Notes: generated by a model from the letters alone, not told the origin. A stretch of 64,000 bases of DNA from Candidatus Aenigmatarchaeota archaeon (GCA_038999725.1 JAWBWS010000002.1:94850-158849), one strand, 5' to 3'; numbered from the stretch's first letter, positions 18,704 to 28,961 are shown. Made by a program: numbers and translations.

Positions 18704-18764
18704 TTTCTTATCTCCAAAATTGCCCTATTCTTGAAGTTTATGCTCTTTTGATTGTCAAGTCAAA

Positions 18765-18929
18765 CTATTTTTTCCAAATTGTTAAACCACACTTTCCACA
18801 ATACCATCTGTCTTCATGTTCGGCCATAAAAGTTCCTTCTCCACACCTATCACAAACTCTTTTCCTCTTCTCAATTTTACCTTCTTTTAAGATAAAAAAA
18901 TCACTTTGCTTCACCGACTTGTGTTTCAC
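18765..18929 (-). CDS. rps27ae: 30S ribosomal protein S27ae, not in ORF track
   Basis: GTG after GGAGGTG; [25 protein letters not shown]. Confidence 0.93.
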   Translation of the reverse strand: MKHKSVKQSDFFILKEGKIEKRKRVCDRCGEGTFMAEHEDRWYCGKCGLTIWKK

Positions 18930-19185
18930 TTTTCACCTCCTTTTTTCGCTCAACTTTTGGTGGTTCTTGATAAATTTTAATTTTTGCAAAAGATTCTGGC
19001 AGGCCTTTTTTCGTGAAGATGTAATTCACCACAACACAATCTTCAGGAGCAGAATATTTTACAGCTATCTCTTTTATCAAATCCTGTTTCTTTGGTGTTG
19101 GTGAGTTTGGATGCTTAATGTTCAACTTTATTTCTTTCCTTTTCAACAAAACATTTTCCTTTTCCTCAAGAATTTCAATCTCCAT
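18901..19185 (-). CDS. rps24e: 30S ribosomal protein S24e
   Basis: [10 protein letters not shown]; HPNSPTP; operon position. Confidence 0.92.
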   Translation of the reverse strand: MEIEILEEKENVLLKRKEIKLNIKHPNSPTPKKQDLIKEIAVKYSAPEDCVVVNYIFTKKGLPESFAKIKIYQEPPKVERKKEVKSETQVGEAK

Positions 19186-19187
19186 GT

Positions 19188-19376
19188 TTATCCCACGTAC
19201 AAAGCGTACTTGTCGGGTTCGCTTATCTTCAAGGCTTTTGCTACTTCGCTATTTGGATCCAAAATTATAACCATGCCTTTCCAACTTGTGGAAAGATTTG
19301 TTGACTTACAGACAGGACAAATTTTTTCCATGGTAAAGCGCCTACAATTCCTACAAACTTGCATTCTCTTCGCCAT
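19188..19376 (-). CDS. spt4: Transcription elongation factor Spt4 (RpoE'')
   Basis: CRNC...CPVC; WKGMVIILDPNSEVAK; YAL. Confidence 0.95.
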   Translation of the reverse strand: MAKRMQVCRNCRRFTMEKICPVCKSTNLSTSWKGMVIILDPNSEVAKALKISEPDKYALYVG

Positions 19377-19377
19377 C

Positions 19378-19935
19378 TCACTCCCTAGCCTTCTTTGCTT
19401 TCTTCTTTTCTTCTTCTATCCAAACCAAAGAGCCTAGCAAAGGCTGCCTCATGGTTAAACCTATTTTATTTTCTTCTTTTCCAAAGCTGAGAGAAATTAT
19501 TCTTGCTCTCACCAAATCCCCCTCTTTCAAAGTTTTCTTACTCTCCTTACCAAGAAAAACCGAACTTTTATTATCAAAACTCACGAAATCGTCCATCAGT
19601 TGAGAGATGTGAACAAGACCATCCATTGGCCCTATTCTTACAAAAGCCCCAAATTCTGTGTTATCTATAACCTCACCATAAACAAGCTCATGAAGCTCTG
19701 GCTTGAATGTTAACAATTTAAAAACTGCTTTGTAAAAAATTCCTGGATCGCCTGGAATTATCTTTCCCTCACCCACACTTTCCACTTCTGTGCAAGCAAG
19801 GATAAAACCTATTCTTGGGTCTAGGGTGCACTCCAAGCTTTCTTGAATGCTTTGTTTAACCGCATCTTTAACTTTCATGTTGAATTTTGTTGGTGGTACT
19901 CTTATCTTATCTTCAACTTCAACTATTTTATACAT
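19378..19935 (-). CDS. rpoE1: RNA polymerase subunit E' (Rpo7)
   Basis: GEGKIIPGD; FGAFVRIGPMDGLVHISQL; KIGLTMRQP. Confidence 0.96.
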   Translation of the reverse strand: MYKIVEVEDKIRVPPTKFNMKVKDAVKQSIQESLECTLDPRIGFILACTEVESVGEGKIIPGDPGIFYKAVFKLLTFKPELHELVYGEVIDNTEFGAFVRIGPMDGLVHISQLMDDFVSFDNKSSVFLGKESKKTLKEGDLVRARIISLSFGKEENKIGLTMRQPLLGSLVWIEEEKKKAKKARE

Positions 19936-20303
19936 CAGCTCACTTCCACTTTTTTATTTCCTCTTAAATAAATTGTTTTTATTCCAGCCTCTCTTAGTTT
20001 TTTTCTTAACTTTGAATCATTAGTTGCAATTATTGTATTTTTGTCAGCAAGACTTAAAAAAGCTTTGTCAGGGTTTTCCTCTGTCTCCCAAACATTAATT
20101 TTTTTCAGCTCTATAAACTTAAGTGCTGCTCTTGCCAGTTTACCTTCCTCACCTTTGTTTCTTGCCAATTTTTTTAGTTCTAAGATGCTTGAAGAAAGGA
20201 TGAAAAGATTGTATTTGCAAAACAGCACCTCCGAAATTTTCTCAACCTCAACTTTAAACCTAATCAAATCCATCAAAAAATTCGTGTCAATAAAAACCTT
20301 CAT
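19935..20303 (-). CDS. PIN-domain protein (Fcf1/Utp24-like)
   Basis: IDTNFLM; ATNDSKLRKKL; conserved position before rpoE1. Confidence 0.9.
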   Translation of the reverse strand: MKVFIDTNFLMDLIRFKVEVEKISEVLFCKYNLFILSSSILELKKLARNKGEEGKLARAALKFIELKKINVWETEENPDKAFLSLADKNTIIATNDSKLRKKLREAGIKTIYLRGNKKVEVS

Positions 20304-20337
20304 AAGATTTATATGCCAAAAAAATTAAATAAAAAGT

Positions 20338-20727
20338 ATGGAGAAGAAGGGGGTTTCAACTGTAATAGCAACACTTTTGATGTTATTGATATCAATAGCT
20401 CTAGCAGGGGTTGCTTATAGCTACTTCTCAAGTCTTGTTGTAACGGGTACACAGGGGATAGAGCTGGTTGATAATTATTGCAATGGCACACATGCGTTTA
20501 TAGTAATAAAGAATATTGGTACTAACCCCATACCAGAGAATGAGATATATTGTACTCAAATTGCACCCTCTGGGGATAGTTGCACAATCTCAACCCCACC
20601 AATTAATCCAGGGGAGATTTATACTATCATTGACGCCTGTTCTGGACAGGGAAGCAGGAGTTGTAGATATAGGGTAGGTGCAAAAACTGGGGGAAAATAT
20701 ATAGAGGTTAATATATATTGCTACTAA
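20338..20727 (+). CDS. Archaeal type IV pilin-like protein
   Basis: Class III signal peptide MEKKG|VSTVIATLLMLLISIALAG; IKNIGT. Confidence 0.85.
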   Translation: MEKKGVSTVIATLLMLLISIALAGVAYSYFSSLVVTGTQGIELVDNYCNGTHAFIVIKNIGTNPIPENEIYCTQIAPSGDSCTISTPPINPGEIYTIIDACSGQGSRSCRYRVGAKTGGKYIEVNIYCY

Positions 20728-21953
20728 ACGAGAACACCATAACCAACCAAACACCATCTTCCACCAATTTGCCTAGAAACTACAATCTTGTTATTCTTTT
20801 CAACACAAATAGGGATTTTTAAATCAAGTCTTACTCTATTTTTCTTCACTTCAACCACACTTCCTATTGATCTAGCAGTACCTGCGTTTATCATCAAATT
20901 CTCATTTTGCTTGATTGGTGACATTTCTTCTAAATCTTTTGAGCCAACTACCCTTTCCAAAAGGGTTATTTCCATTTCCAAACTTTTTAAAACTTCTGGA
21001 AGCTTCCCAGGATGCCCAACCAAATTTCCCACAAGCAAATCAGATTTTGTCAAGAAAGGGTCAAGCTCGGTTAATGCACCAAGCAAGCCTCCTGGTCCAG
21101 CCTCTTCTAAATCCCTTTTTGCTTTTTGCAAGCCAACAACTTTTGTAACTAAAGGTTGATATTTTTCCTTGATTTTCACCCCAGGCCTTATCTCAATTTC
21201 GTCCTCAAGCTTAAGCTTACCTTGAACTATAGCTCCTCCCAAAACCCCTCCCACAAGCTTCTCGGGCTCAGTTCCGGGTTTATTTATATCAAAACTTCTT
21301 GCCACAAGCATCCTCAACTCCTTAGTTTCATCGCGCTTAGGGGTTGGAATAAACTTTTCTATAGCTTCTATAACAGCATCTATATTAATTTTGTAAGGGG
21401 AGGAAACAGGAATTATAGGGGAATTTTCCAATATCGTGTCTTTTAGAAAATCTTTTATCTGTTGGTAGTTGTTTAGAGCTTGTTCTTCAGAAACCAAGTC
21501 GATTTTTGTCTGAACAACTACAACATTCTTTATTCCTATTATCTCAAGAGCTTTCAAATGCTCCTTTGTTTGGGGTTGGGGACATTTTTCATTCGCAGCT
21601 ATAACCAAAATTGCCCCGTCCATAATACTTGCTCCTGTCAAAACTGTTGCCATCAAGGTTTCGTGGCCTGGAGCATCAATGAAGCTCACTGTTCTCTGAA
21701 GTTCTGTATCCGAGAAACAGAATGGACATTTGGAAGAAGTGGAGTAGCGCCCACAGTTTAAGCATTTATAGAAAGAAGTGTCAGCATAGCCCAGGCGTAT
21801 TGTTATACCGCGCTTTAGTTCTTCTGAGTGTGTTAAAGTTCTTTTGCCTGAAATTGCTTCAACCAAAGTGCTCTTGCCATGAGCAACATGGCCAACAAGG
21901 CCTATGTTTACCTCTGGAATAAGTTTAGGATTTACTTCCTTGAACTTTCTCAC
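20724..21953 (-). CDS. eif2g: Translation initiation factor 2 gamma subunit
   Basis: GHVAHGKS; RGITIRLGYAD; DAPGHE; PQPQTKEHL; ARSFDINKPG. Confidence 0.97.
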   Translation of the reverse strand: MRKFKEVNPKLIPEVNIGLVGHVAHGKSTLVEAISGKRTLTHSEELKRGITIRLGYADTSFYKCLNCGRYSTSSKCPFCFSDTELQRTVSFIDAPGHETLMATVLTGASIMDGAILVIAANEKCPQPQTKEHLKALEIIGIKNVVVVQTKIDLVSEEQALNNYQQIKDFLKDTILENSPIIPVSSPYKINIDAVIEAIEKFIPTPKRDETKELRMLVARSFDINKPGTEPEKLVGGVLGGAIVQGKLKLEDEIEIRPGVKIKEKYQPLVTKVVGLQKAKRDLEEAGPGGLLGALTELDPFLTKSDLLVGNLVGHPGKLPEVLKSLEMEITLLERVVGSKDLEEMSPIKQNENLMINAGTARSIGSVVEVKKNRVRLDLKIPICVEKNNKIVVSRQIGGRWCLVGYGVLV

Positions 21954-22362
21954 CCCCTTTCTCAGCCTTTTGTTTTATTGGTATAAGCTCTTCAATTGGC
22001 TTTTCTCCTTTCTTGGTAATTTTAACATTAATTTGTACTATATCAGCAGAAATTGTGTTGCCCCTTACTGTTTTTCTTCTTCTTTCTCCCTTCTTTCTTG
22101 GATGAAAACAAGGTGGACCTGAAAGTAAAACTCTCTTTTTCACGCTTCCTGGGATAGATGGATGCATTGGAAAGCCGTCTTTATCACTCCCTCCTGTTAT
22201 TTTCAGCAAATAGCCTGGTAAGCCTATCAAGTCCCCGTTAAACTCTTCCCCTATCTTCTTACCAATCAAACCAAAAACTTTGGATTGGTCTACTTCAAGC
22301 TGGTAGCTCTTCCTTGTTTCTGGGTCGCTTATTACAAACTTGAATGAAGCCATGAAAACCAC
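21925..22362 (-). CDS. rps6e: 30S ribosomal protein S6e
   Basis: FVISDP; KITGGSDKDGFPM; GERRRKTVRG. Confidence 0.96.
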   Translation of the reverse strand: MVFMASFKFVISDPETRKSYQLEVDQSKVFGLIGKKIGEEFNGDLIGLPGYLLKITGGSDKDGFPMHPSIPGSVKKRVLLSGPPCFHPRKKGERRRKTVRGNTISADIVQINVKITKKGEKPIEELIPIKQKAEKGGEKVQGSKS

Positions 22363-22434
22363 TTTTATTGATGTTGAAATTGTATATATTTATTTGTTAA
22401 ACTAATTTAGAAAATATTAAAGGGTTGGACTTGA

Positions 22435-23565
22435 ATGAAAAAAGAAAAATTTGTGGTAACACCATGGGAAGTTAGAGGAAAAATAGACTATGAGAGGCTC
22501 GTAAAACAATTTGGAATCACACCAATAGATAAAAAACTTTTGGAAAGAATTGAAAAACATACGAAGGAACTTCACCACTTCTTAAGAAGAAAGATATTTT
22601 TCGCCCACCGTGATGTTAATTGGATTTTGGATGAATATGAAAAAGGAAACGAGTTCTTCCTCTACACAGGTAGAGCTCCTTCTGGTCCTGTCCACATGGG
22701 TCACTTAGTACCTTGGTTTTTCACAAAATGGTTGCAAGATAAATTTGACGTTGAGCTTTGGTTTCAGTTTCCTGATGAAGAGAAGTTTTTGTTCCATGAA
22801 GAACTTACCCTTGAGGACACCAAAAAATATACTTATGAAAATATGCTTGATGTCATAGCTTTGGGGTTTGACCCAAAGAAAACTCATTTTCTTGTTGATA
22901 CTATTCATGCCAACTTGATGTACAAAGAAGCTTGTAAGGTTGCTAAGAAAATAACTTTCTCCACAGTTAGAGCCGTTTTTGGTTTCACAAATGAAACAAA
23001 TATTGGATCAATTTTCTATACAGCAATGCAAGCTGTTCCAGCTTTTCTTCCATCAATTTTAAAAGGGAAAAACATTCCTTGTTTGGTGCCTTTGGCTGTA
23101 GATCAAGACCCACATTTTAGGATAGCTAGAGATGTATTACCGAAACTTGGCTTTTACAAGCCTGCGATAATTCATTGCATCTTCTTACCAGGCTTGGAGG
23201 GAATGATGAAACAAGGGAAGATGTCATCTTCTGAAAAAAGAAGTGCTATTTTTACTATAGACCCTCCTGAAGTTGTCAGGGAAAAAATAATCAAATATGC
23301 TTTTTCCGGTGGACAGCCTACAGTAGAAGAACATAGAAAAAAAGGAGGAAATCCAGATATAGATGTTTCTTACCAATGGCTAACTTTCTTTGAAGAAGAT
23401 GACAAAAAGTTAGAAAGGATTAGAGAAGATTATAAAAGTGGGAAATTGCTTACAGGTGAGCTTAAAAATATTTTGATTGAAAAGTTAAACAATTTCTTGA
23501 AAGAACACCAAAAGAAGAGAGAAAAAGCAAGGGATCAAATAGAGAAATTCATTTTTAGGGAATAA
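22435..23565 (+). CDS. trpS: Tryptophan--tRNA ligase
   Basis: VTPWEV; YTGRAPSGPVHMGH; DQDPHFR; KMSSS. Confidence 0.97.
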   Translation: MKKEKFVVTPWEVRGKIDYERLVKQFGITPIDKKLLERIEKHTKELHHFLRRKIFFAHRDVNWILDEYEKGNEFFLYTGRAPSGPVHMGHLVPWFFTKWLQDKFDVELWFQFPDEEKFLFHEELTLEDTKKYTYENMLDVIALGFDPKKTHFLVDTIHANLMYKEACKVAKKITFSTVRAVFGFTNETNIGSIFYTAMQAVPAFLPSILKGKNIPCLVPLAVDQDPHFRIARDVLPKLGFYKPAIIHCIFLPGLEGMMKQGKMSSSEKRSAIFTIDPPEVVREKIIKYAFSGGQPTVEEHRKKGGNPDIDVSYQWLTFFEEDDKKLERIREDYKSGKLLTGELKNILIEKLNNFLKEHQKKREKARDQIEKFIFRE

Positions 23566-23566
23566 G

Positions 23567-24280
23567 ATGAAAGAATTTCCTTTTGTATCTGTGATAATAC
23601 CTACACTAGACGAGGAAAAATACATAGAAAGTTGCATAAAAGCTTTAAAAGCTCAAGACTATGGAGGGGAATATGAAATAATAGTTGCTGATGGTATGAG
23701 TAAAGATAAGACAAGAGAAATTGTAGAGAAGTATGCTGATAAAGTTCTTCTTGTGAAGAAAAAAGGTGTGGCAGCTGGTAGAAATGTGGGAGCGAGAAAA
23801 GCTAAAGGTGATATACTTCTCTTCATAGATGCTGATACTGTTGCACCCTTCAACCTCTTGAGGGAAATTGTGGGTGGATTTAAAAAAGGTGTTGTAGGTG
23901 TTACTTGCCCTGTTGCACCTTTAAGTGCTAGCACCTCCGAGTTTCTACTTTTTTGGTTTTATAATCAGTTTATGAAAGCTTCTCTCCGAACTAAAAAACC
24001 ACAAGTTGCTGGGGTATGCGTAGCTTATGAAAGGAAAGCTTTTGAAAAAGTTGGTGGGTTTGATGAAAGTATGATATTTTGTGAAGATTATGATCTTTCT
24101 GAAAGAATTTCAAAACTGGGAAAAATTGTTTGTGTGAATTCAACTTTTGTGATGACATCACCAAGGAGAATAAGGAAGTGGGGAAAGACTAAAGCTGTAA
24201 TAAAATATTTGAAACTTTATTTAACTTATTTATTGGTGAGAAAAATAAGCAATACCAATGAATATCCTCCTGTAAGATGA
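23567..24280 (+). CDS. Glycosyltransferase family 2
   Basis: VSVIIPTLDEE; DGMSKD; FIDAD; EDYDL. Confidence 0.93.
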   Translation: MKEFPFVSVIIPTLDEEKYIESCIKALKAQDYGGEYEIIVADGMSKDKTREIVEKYADKVLLVKKKGVAAGRNVGARKAKGDILLFIDADTVAPFNLLREIVGGFKKGVVGVTCPVAPLSASTSEFLLFWFYNQFMKASLRTKKPQVAGVCVAYERKAFEKVGGFDESMIFCEDYDLSERISKLGKIVCVNSTFVMTSPRRIRKWGKTKAVIKYLKLYLTYLLVRKISNTNEYPPVR

Positions 24281-24315
24281 AAGCTTATAAGTTTGTAGCT
24301 TCTATAGTTAAAATA

Positions 24316-24362
24316 ATGATGGCGATGCCGCTCCAATTTATTGGCTGAAGTTAAGTTTTTTT
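24316..24362 (+). ncRNA. Candidate small RNA (box C/D-like) or 10-codon micro-ORF
   Basis: GC-rich ATGATGG...CTGA about 25 nt downstream of TATA-like AAGCTTATAAG and followed by a T7 run. Confidence 0.3.
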
Positions 24363-24469
24363 ACAGCTTTTTCTAAATCAATTTTCAAAAATTTAAGTTC
24401 TAGAGAAAGTTTAAAGAAGAACCTCTTTGAGTATAAAAATAATATAAACAAAATCAAATAGGTGATTAA

Positions 24470-25735
24470 ATGCCAAGTTATAAACTGACAGAAGAAGGAA
24501 AAGAATATTTGGAAAAGGGTCTGCCAGAAAAAAATCTTGTTTTGCTCCTAGACAGCTTGCCAAGGAAAACTGCAACTATTGGTAAGCTTGTATTTAGAGT
24601 CAAAAATTTTCCAATAGCTTTGAAATGGGCTTTGGAAAAGGGTTGGGTGATGAAGAAAGGTGATGAAATAATTCTAATGAAGCCGGTGCCTGAAGAAATT
24701 CCAGAAGAAGAAGCTTTGAAGAGAATAAGCAAGGGTAAACCTGTGGATGAAGGAATCTTGAAAATTTTGATTGAAAGAAACCTTGTTGAAAAAATTACAG
24801 AAATTTACAAAGCTACAGAGGAGGCTCTTGCTAAAGCAGGGAATGTTATAGATGTTTTAACTCACGATCTTCTTGTCACAAAATTGTGGAAGGGTAGAAA
24901 GTTCAAGGCAGTTGATATTAATGTAAAGAAGAAGCTTGAAATAGAAAAAATTTCCCCTGGTAAAAGACAACCTTATCTTCAGTTTTTGAGTCAAATAAGG
25001 AAGAAGCTTGCTGAGATGGGCTTCATTGAAATGAAAGGCCCAACTATAGAAACACAATTCTGGAATTTTGATGCTTTGTATCAACCGCAAAACCATCCTG
25101 CGAGAGATTGGTGGAGTACTTATGTTATGAAATATCCAAAGTTTGGAAAACTGCCTAAGAAATTTGTTGAAGTTGTGGGGAAAACTCATGAAAAGGGGAT
25201 TGCAGGAAGTGTTGGTTGGGGTTATAAATGGGACCCACGAATTGCCATGCAACTTATGCCAAGGGCACATGGCACTTGTTTGTCTGCAAGAACTTTAGCC
25301 AGTAAACCAAAAATTCCGAGTAAATATTTTGCGATAGCAAGATGTTACAGGCCTGATGTGATTGATGCTTCACATGGAGTTGAATTTAATCAAGTTGAAG
25401 GGATTGTTTTGGGGGAAGACTTAAACTTTAAGAATTTGCTCGGTTTGCTAAAGCAGTTCGCCGAAGAGATAGCAGGGGTTAAGGAAGTTAAGTTCACATG
25501 TGCATACTTCCCATTCACTGAACCATCATGTGAACTTTTAATAAATCATCCAAAATTGGGTTGGATAGAAAGCGGTGGTGCTGGCATCTTCAGAGAAGAG
25601 GTAACAAGACCGTTAGGAATAAATGTTCCTGTGCTAGCTTGGGGATTGGGTGTAGATAGATTATTCATGGTAAAAGTTGGTATAAATGACATAAGGGAAT
25701 TGTTCACAAGGGACTTAAAATGGTTAAGAGGGTAA
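24470..25735 (+). CDS. pheS: Phenylalanine--tRNA ligase alpha subunit
   Basis: FWNFDALYQPQNHPARD; YRPDVIDASH; YFPFTEPS; AWGLGVDRL. Confidence 0.96.
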   Translation: MPSYKLTEEGKEYLEKGLPEKNLVLLLDSLPRKTATIGKLVFRVKNFPIALKWALEKGWVMKKGDEIILMKPVPEEIPEEEALKRISKGKPVDEGILKILIERNLVEKITEIYKATEEALAKAGNVIDVLTHDLLVTKLWKGRKFKAVDINVKKKLEIEKISPGKRQPYLQFLSQIRKKLAEMGFIEMKGPTIETQFWNFDALYQPQNHPARDWWSTYVMKYPKFGKLPKKFVEVVGKTHEKGIAGSVGWGYKWDPRIAMQLMPRAHGTCLSARTLASKPKIPSKYFAIARCYRPDVIDASHGVEFNQVEGIVLGEDLNFKNLLGLLKQFAEEIAGVKEVKFTCAYFPFTEPSCELLINHPKLGWIESGGAGIFREEVTRPLGINVPVLAWGLGVDRLFMVKVGINDIRELFTRDLKWLRG

Positions 25736-25781
25736 AAATTTCAAACCAAACTTTCAAACATTGGAATAAAGGGAGATTTGA

Positions 25782-27434
25782 ATGCCAACCATAGAAGCTT
25801 CTTATCAAGACTTGTGTGAGTTGATTGGAAAAAAAGTTGAAATAGAAGAGTTAAAAAAACTTGTGAATTTTGCAAAATGTGAAATCGTTGGAATTGAGGG
25901 TGATATCCTAAAAATTGAAGCAAAAGACACAAACAGGCCAGATCTTTGGAGTACAGAGGGAATAGCAAGAGAGATAAAAAACAGGATATTTAAACCAAGT
26001 TTCCCTGAATATAAGGTTGAAGAATCGGATGTTGTTGTATATGTTGATAAAAAAGTTTTGAGAGTTAGACCCTATACTGTTTGTGCTGTTGTGAAGAATT
26101 TGAAGATAAATCAAGCTTTTCTATCTCAAATGATCCAACTCCAGGAGAAGATTGGAGGAAGTTTGGGAAGAAATAGGAAAGAAGTTGCAATTGGTGTTTA
26201 TGATTATGATAAAATTAAGCCACCAATAAAGTTCACTACAGTAAAACCTGATGAAATTAAATTTATTCCACTTGACTTTAAAGAAGCTTTAACACCAAGA
26301 GAGATTCTAGAAAAACATCCAAAAGGTAAAGAATTTGGACATTTGCTTGCAGGAAAGAAAGAGTATCCAATTTTTATTGACGCAAGAAATGAAGTTTTGT
26401 CTTTACCACCAATAATAAACTCAGAGTACAGTGGGAAGGTTACCGAGAAAACGAGAAATATTTTCATTGAATGCAGTGGCTTCAACTTAAAGTTTTTGAT
26501 GCCTGCTTTAAATGTTATCGTAACAGCTATGGCTAGTAGGGGTGGGGAAATTTATTCTGTTAAAGTTGTTTATCCTGACAAAACTATAACAACACCAGAT
26601 TTAAAACCGAAGAAAACTTTTGTTGATGTAAACTATATTAGAAAAATTTCTGGCCTTAAGTTGAGTGCAGAAGAGATTTACAAGCTTCTCGAGAAAGCCG
26701 GTTTTAAAATACTGAGAAAAGGTAAAAAAATTGAATTGCTTTATCCTGCTTACCGAAATGATATAATGCATCAGAGAGATGTTGTTGAGGATGTGATAAT
26801 TTCTTATGGTTATGATAACATCGAACCAGAAGCTTTGAAAATAAAAACTAAAGGGAAAATCAGTGAAATTGAATTGAAAACAGAAAAAGTTGCTGAACTC
26901 ATGGTGAAGCTGGGCTTTCAAGAGATTTTATCTTACACTTTAACAAGCAAAGAAAACTTGTTCAAGAAGATGAATTTGAAAGAGGAAAAAGTTGCTGAAA
27001 TAGAAAACATAATTTCTGAAAATTGGTATGTTTTTCGCAATTGGCTCTTACCAAGTTTGATGGACTTCTTTTCCAACAATCAACATGTCAAATATCCACA
27101 AAAAATATTCGAAATTGGAGATGTTGTTTTAATTGACAAAAAAGAAGAAACAAAAACAAGAGATGTGAGGAGACTTGCTGCTGCTATTTCTGACTCTAAA
27201 GCTAGCTATGAAGATATTGCTTCTGTTCTTGACGCCTTCATGTCTTTGATTGGAGTGAAATATAAATTGGAAAAAGAAAAGCATCCAAGTTTTATTGAAG
27301 GAAGAACCGCAAAAATTTTAGTGAGAGGTAAAAAAGTTGGTATAATTGGGGAAATTCATCCTTCTGTCCTTGAGAATTGGAAGATGGAAATGCCTGTAGC
27401 TGCTTTTGAAATTGATTTGAATTTTGAGTTTTGA
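25782..27434 (+). CDS. pheT: Phenylalanine--tRNA ligase beta subunit
   Basis: NRPDLWSTEGIAR; PPIINS; YRNDIMHQRDVVED; GEIHP. Confidence 0.96.
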   Translation: MPTIEASYQDLCELIGKKVEIEELKKLVNFAKCEIVGIEGDILKIEAKDTNRPDLWSTEGIAREIKNRIFKPSFPEYKVEESDVVVYVDKKVLRVRPYTVCAVVKNLKINQAFLSQMIQLQEKIGGSLGRNRKEVAIGVYDYDKIKPPIKFTTVKPDEIKFIPLDFKEALTPREILEKHPKGKEFGHLLAGKKEYPIFIDARNEVLSLPPIINSEYSGKVTEKTRNIFIECSGFNLKFLMPALNVIVTAMASRGGEIYSVKVVYPDKTITTPDLKPKKTFVDVNYIRKISGLKLSAEEIYKLLEKAGFKILRKGKKIELLYPAYRNDIMHQRDVVEDVIISYGYDNIEPEALKIKTKGKISEIELKTEKVAELMVKLGFQEILSYTLTSKENLFKKMNLKEEKVAEIENIISENWYVFRNWLLPSLMDFFSNNQHVKYPQKIFEIGDVVLIDKKEETKTRDVRRLAAAISDSKASYEDIASVLDAFMSLIGVKYKLEKEKHPSFIEGRTAKILVRGKKVGIIGEIHPSVLENWKMEMPVAAFEIDLNFEF

Positions 27435-27476
27435 GTTTTTTTATTCCAACACAATAAAAACATCTTATGTTTTATT

Positions 27477-28250
27477 CTATCTCGTCATCCAATTCACAAG
27501 CCTTTCTATAATGGTGAAGTGGAATCTGGGCTTTTCCAAGAAAGGTCTTCCAGTCAACAGGCAAGCAAGCCTCTTGAACTCTATTGAAGCTGGTGAATGG
27601 GGTGAATAATTGACAACAGGCATTTTTGCAAAAATTGCTTTTGCCACATTGTTGTCTTCCGGAATTTGAACTAAGACCGGATAGCCTGTCATCTCCTCGA
27701 TCTCAGTTTTTGTAAGCTCGTAATCTTTTCTTCTAACCCTATTTACAACCACACCAATTATCTTCTTCTCCAATCTCTCAGCCAATCTTATGGTCTTCAG
27801 AGCATCGGCAACAGAAGGTAAGTTTGGGTTTGTGATCACAAGAACCTCCTCTGTCGCTTGCAAGGCTGAGGTTGACTCCCTTCCCAAACCTGCTGCTGAA
27901 TCCAAGAGGATGAAATTGATCTTTCCGGTCAAATTCAGAACAACCTCATAAAGCTTAGTGGGATCAATTCCGGTCAAATCATCAACACTCATGCTTGCTG
28001 GTATCACTTTAAACCCAAATGGATGGGGATAAATCGCATCTTTAAGCTTCGATTCTCCTTTCAAAACATCATGCAAAGTTATCGGAGCAAAGTGCATGCC
28101 CAAGTGTAAGCCCAAATTGGGTGTTGTCAGATTTGCATCAATCGCAACTACATCCTCTCCAAGCAAGCATAAGGCAGAAGCTAAGTTTGATGTTAGAGTA
28201 GTCTTTCCCACCCCACCCTTTCCTGATGTTATCAGTATTGTTCTTGTCAT
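27477..28250 (-). CDS. minD: MinD-family ATPase
   Basis: SGKGGVGKTT; IDANL; LDSAAGLG; IPEDNNV. Confidence 0.9.
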   Translation of the reverse strand: MTRTILITSGKGGVGKTTLTSNLASALCLLGEDVVAIDANLTTPNLGLHLGMHFAPITLHDVLKGESKLKDAIYPHPFGFKVIPASMSVDDLTGIDPTKLYEVVLNLTGKINFILLDSAAGLGRESTSALQATEEVLVITNPNLPSVADALKTIRLAERLEKKIIGVVVNRVRRKDYELTKTEIEEMTGYPVLVQIPEDNNVAKAIFAKMPVVNYSPHSPASIEFKRLACLLTGRPFLEKPRFHFTIIERLVNWMTR

Positions 28251-28353
28251 TCAATCAAACCTTATTTTATTTTTTATAGTTTAAAAGTTTATTGCTAAAG
28301 TTTTTGGCTTAAGAATTAAGACAAAAACTATGATGAAGATTATTTTTGTTTAA

Positions 28354-28587
28354 CTAAGGTTTTTCTTCTGGTTTATCAATGCTCTTGAAAATCATCTTGT
28401 CAAAGTTGAAAGGTTTTTTAATCTCTTGCTTCACCCTTTCAATCCAACCTTCTAGAATTATCACCGCTTCGCTAAGAGGAAATCTTTCTCCTTTTGTCTT
28501 CAGCTCAACCTGCATTTGCTTTGTCTTTTTATTTATCCTTCTCAAGATGTAAATTCCAAATCTTTGCTCTTCTATATCTTCCGGCAT
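28354..28587 (-). CDS. Hypothetical protein
   Basis: 77-aa ORF from MPEDIEEQ with plausible composition. Confidence 0.5.
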   Translation of the reverse strand: MPEDIEEQRFGIYILRRINKKTKQMQVELKTKGERFPLSEAVIILEGWIERVKQEIKKPFNFDKMIFKSIDKPEEKP

Positions 28588-28793
28588 ACTAATATCTAGT
28601 GATTGCAAACTCAAAAAGATTAAATTGGGAAACATTCAGGTAGTTATCGAAGGTTTGAGGAGATGAAATTTTTGAATTAGTAATTGAGAGAGCAACCTTT
28701 CCATTTCTTTCAATCCTTAATAATTCGGTTCTTACCGAACAAAATCTACTATCTATAGTATCGAATTGAGCAGTAGTGGAACGTCTTCGTTGC

Positions 28794-28821
28794 GACAAAC
28801 TTTCAACCTTGAAAGTTTGTC
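28794..28821. repeat. Perfect 13-bp inverted repeat
   Basis: GACAAACTTTCAA-CC-TTGAAAGTTTGTC. Confidence 0.8.
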
Positions 28822-28961
28822 AGAAAAAGAGTCTTCTCCATAAATTGGTACAAGGTGTCTCCTTGGTGATTATTTCTACAATAATTTCAATTATAGTCGC
28901 TCTTGTGCTACTCATCTCTTTCCTGTATTATTTCCCCACGCACCACCAATTCTTCTCACAG

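Noticed and set aside
22411-22434. Trp codon just upstream of trpS (GGT TGG ACT TGA)
   Set aside because: No canonical start codon in frame; the sequence doubles as the SD region
28794-28821. The 13-bp hairpin as another BHB intron or a SECIS-like element
   Set aside because: The flanks do not form a convincing central helix, excision restores no recognisable protein, and there is no selenoprotein context
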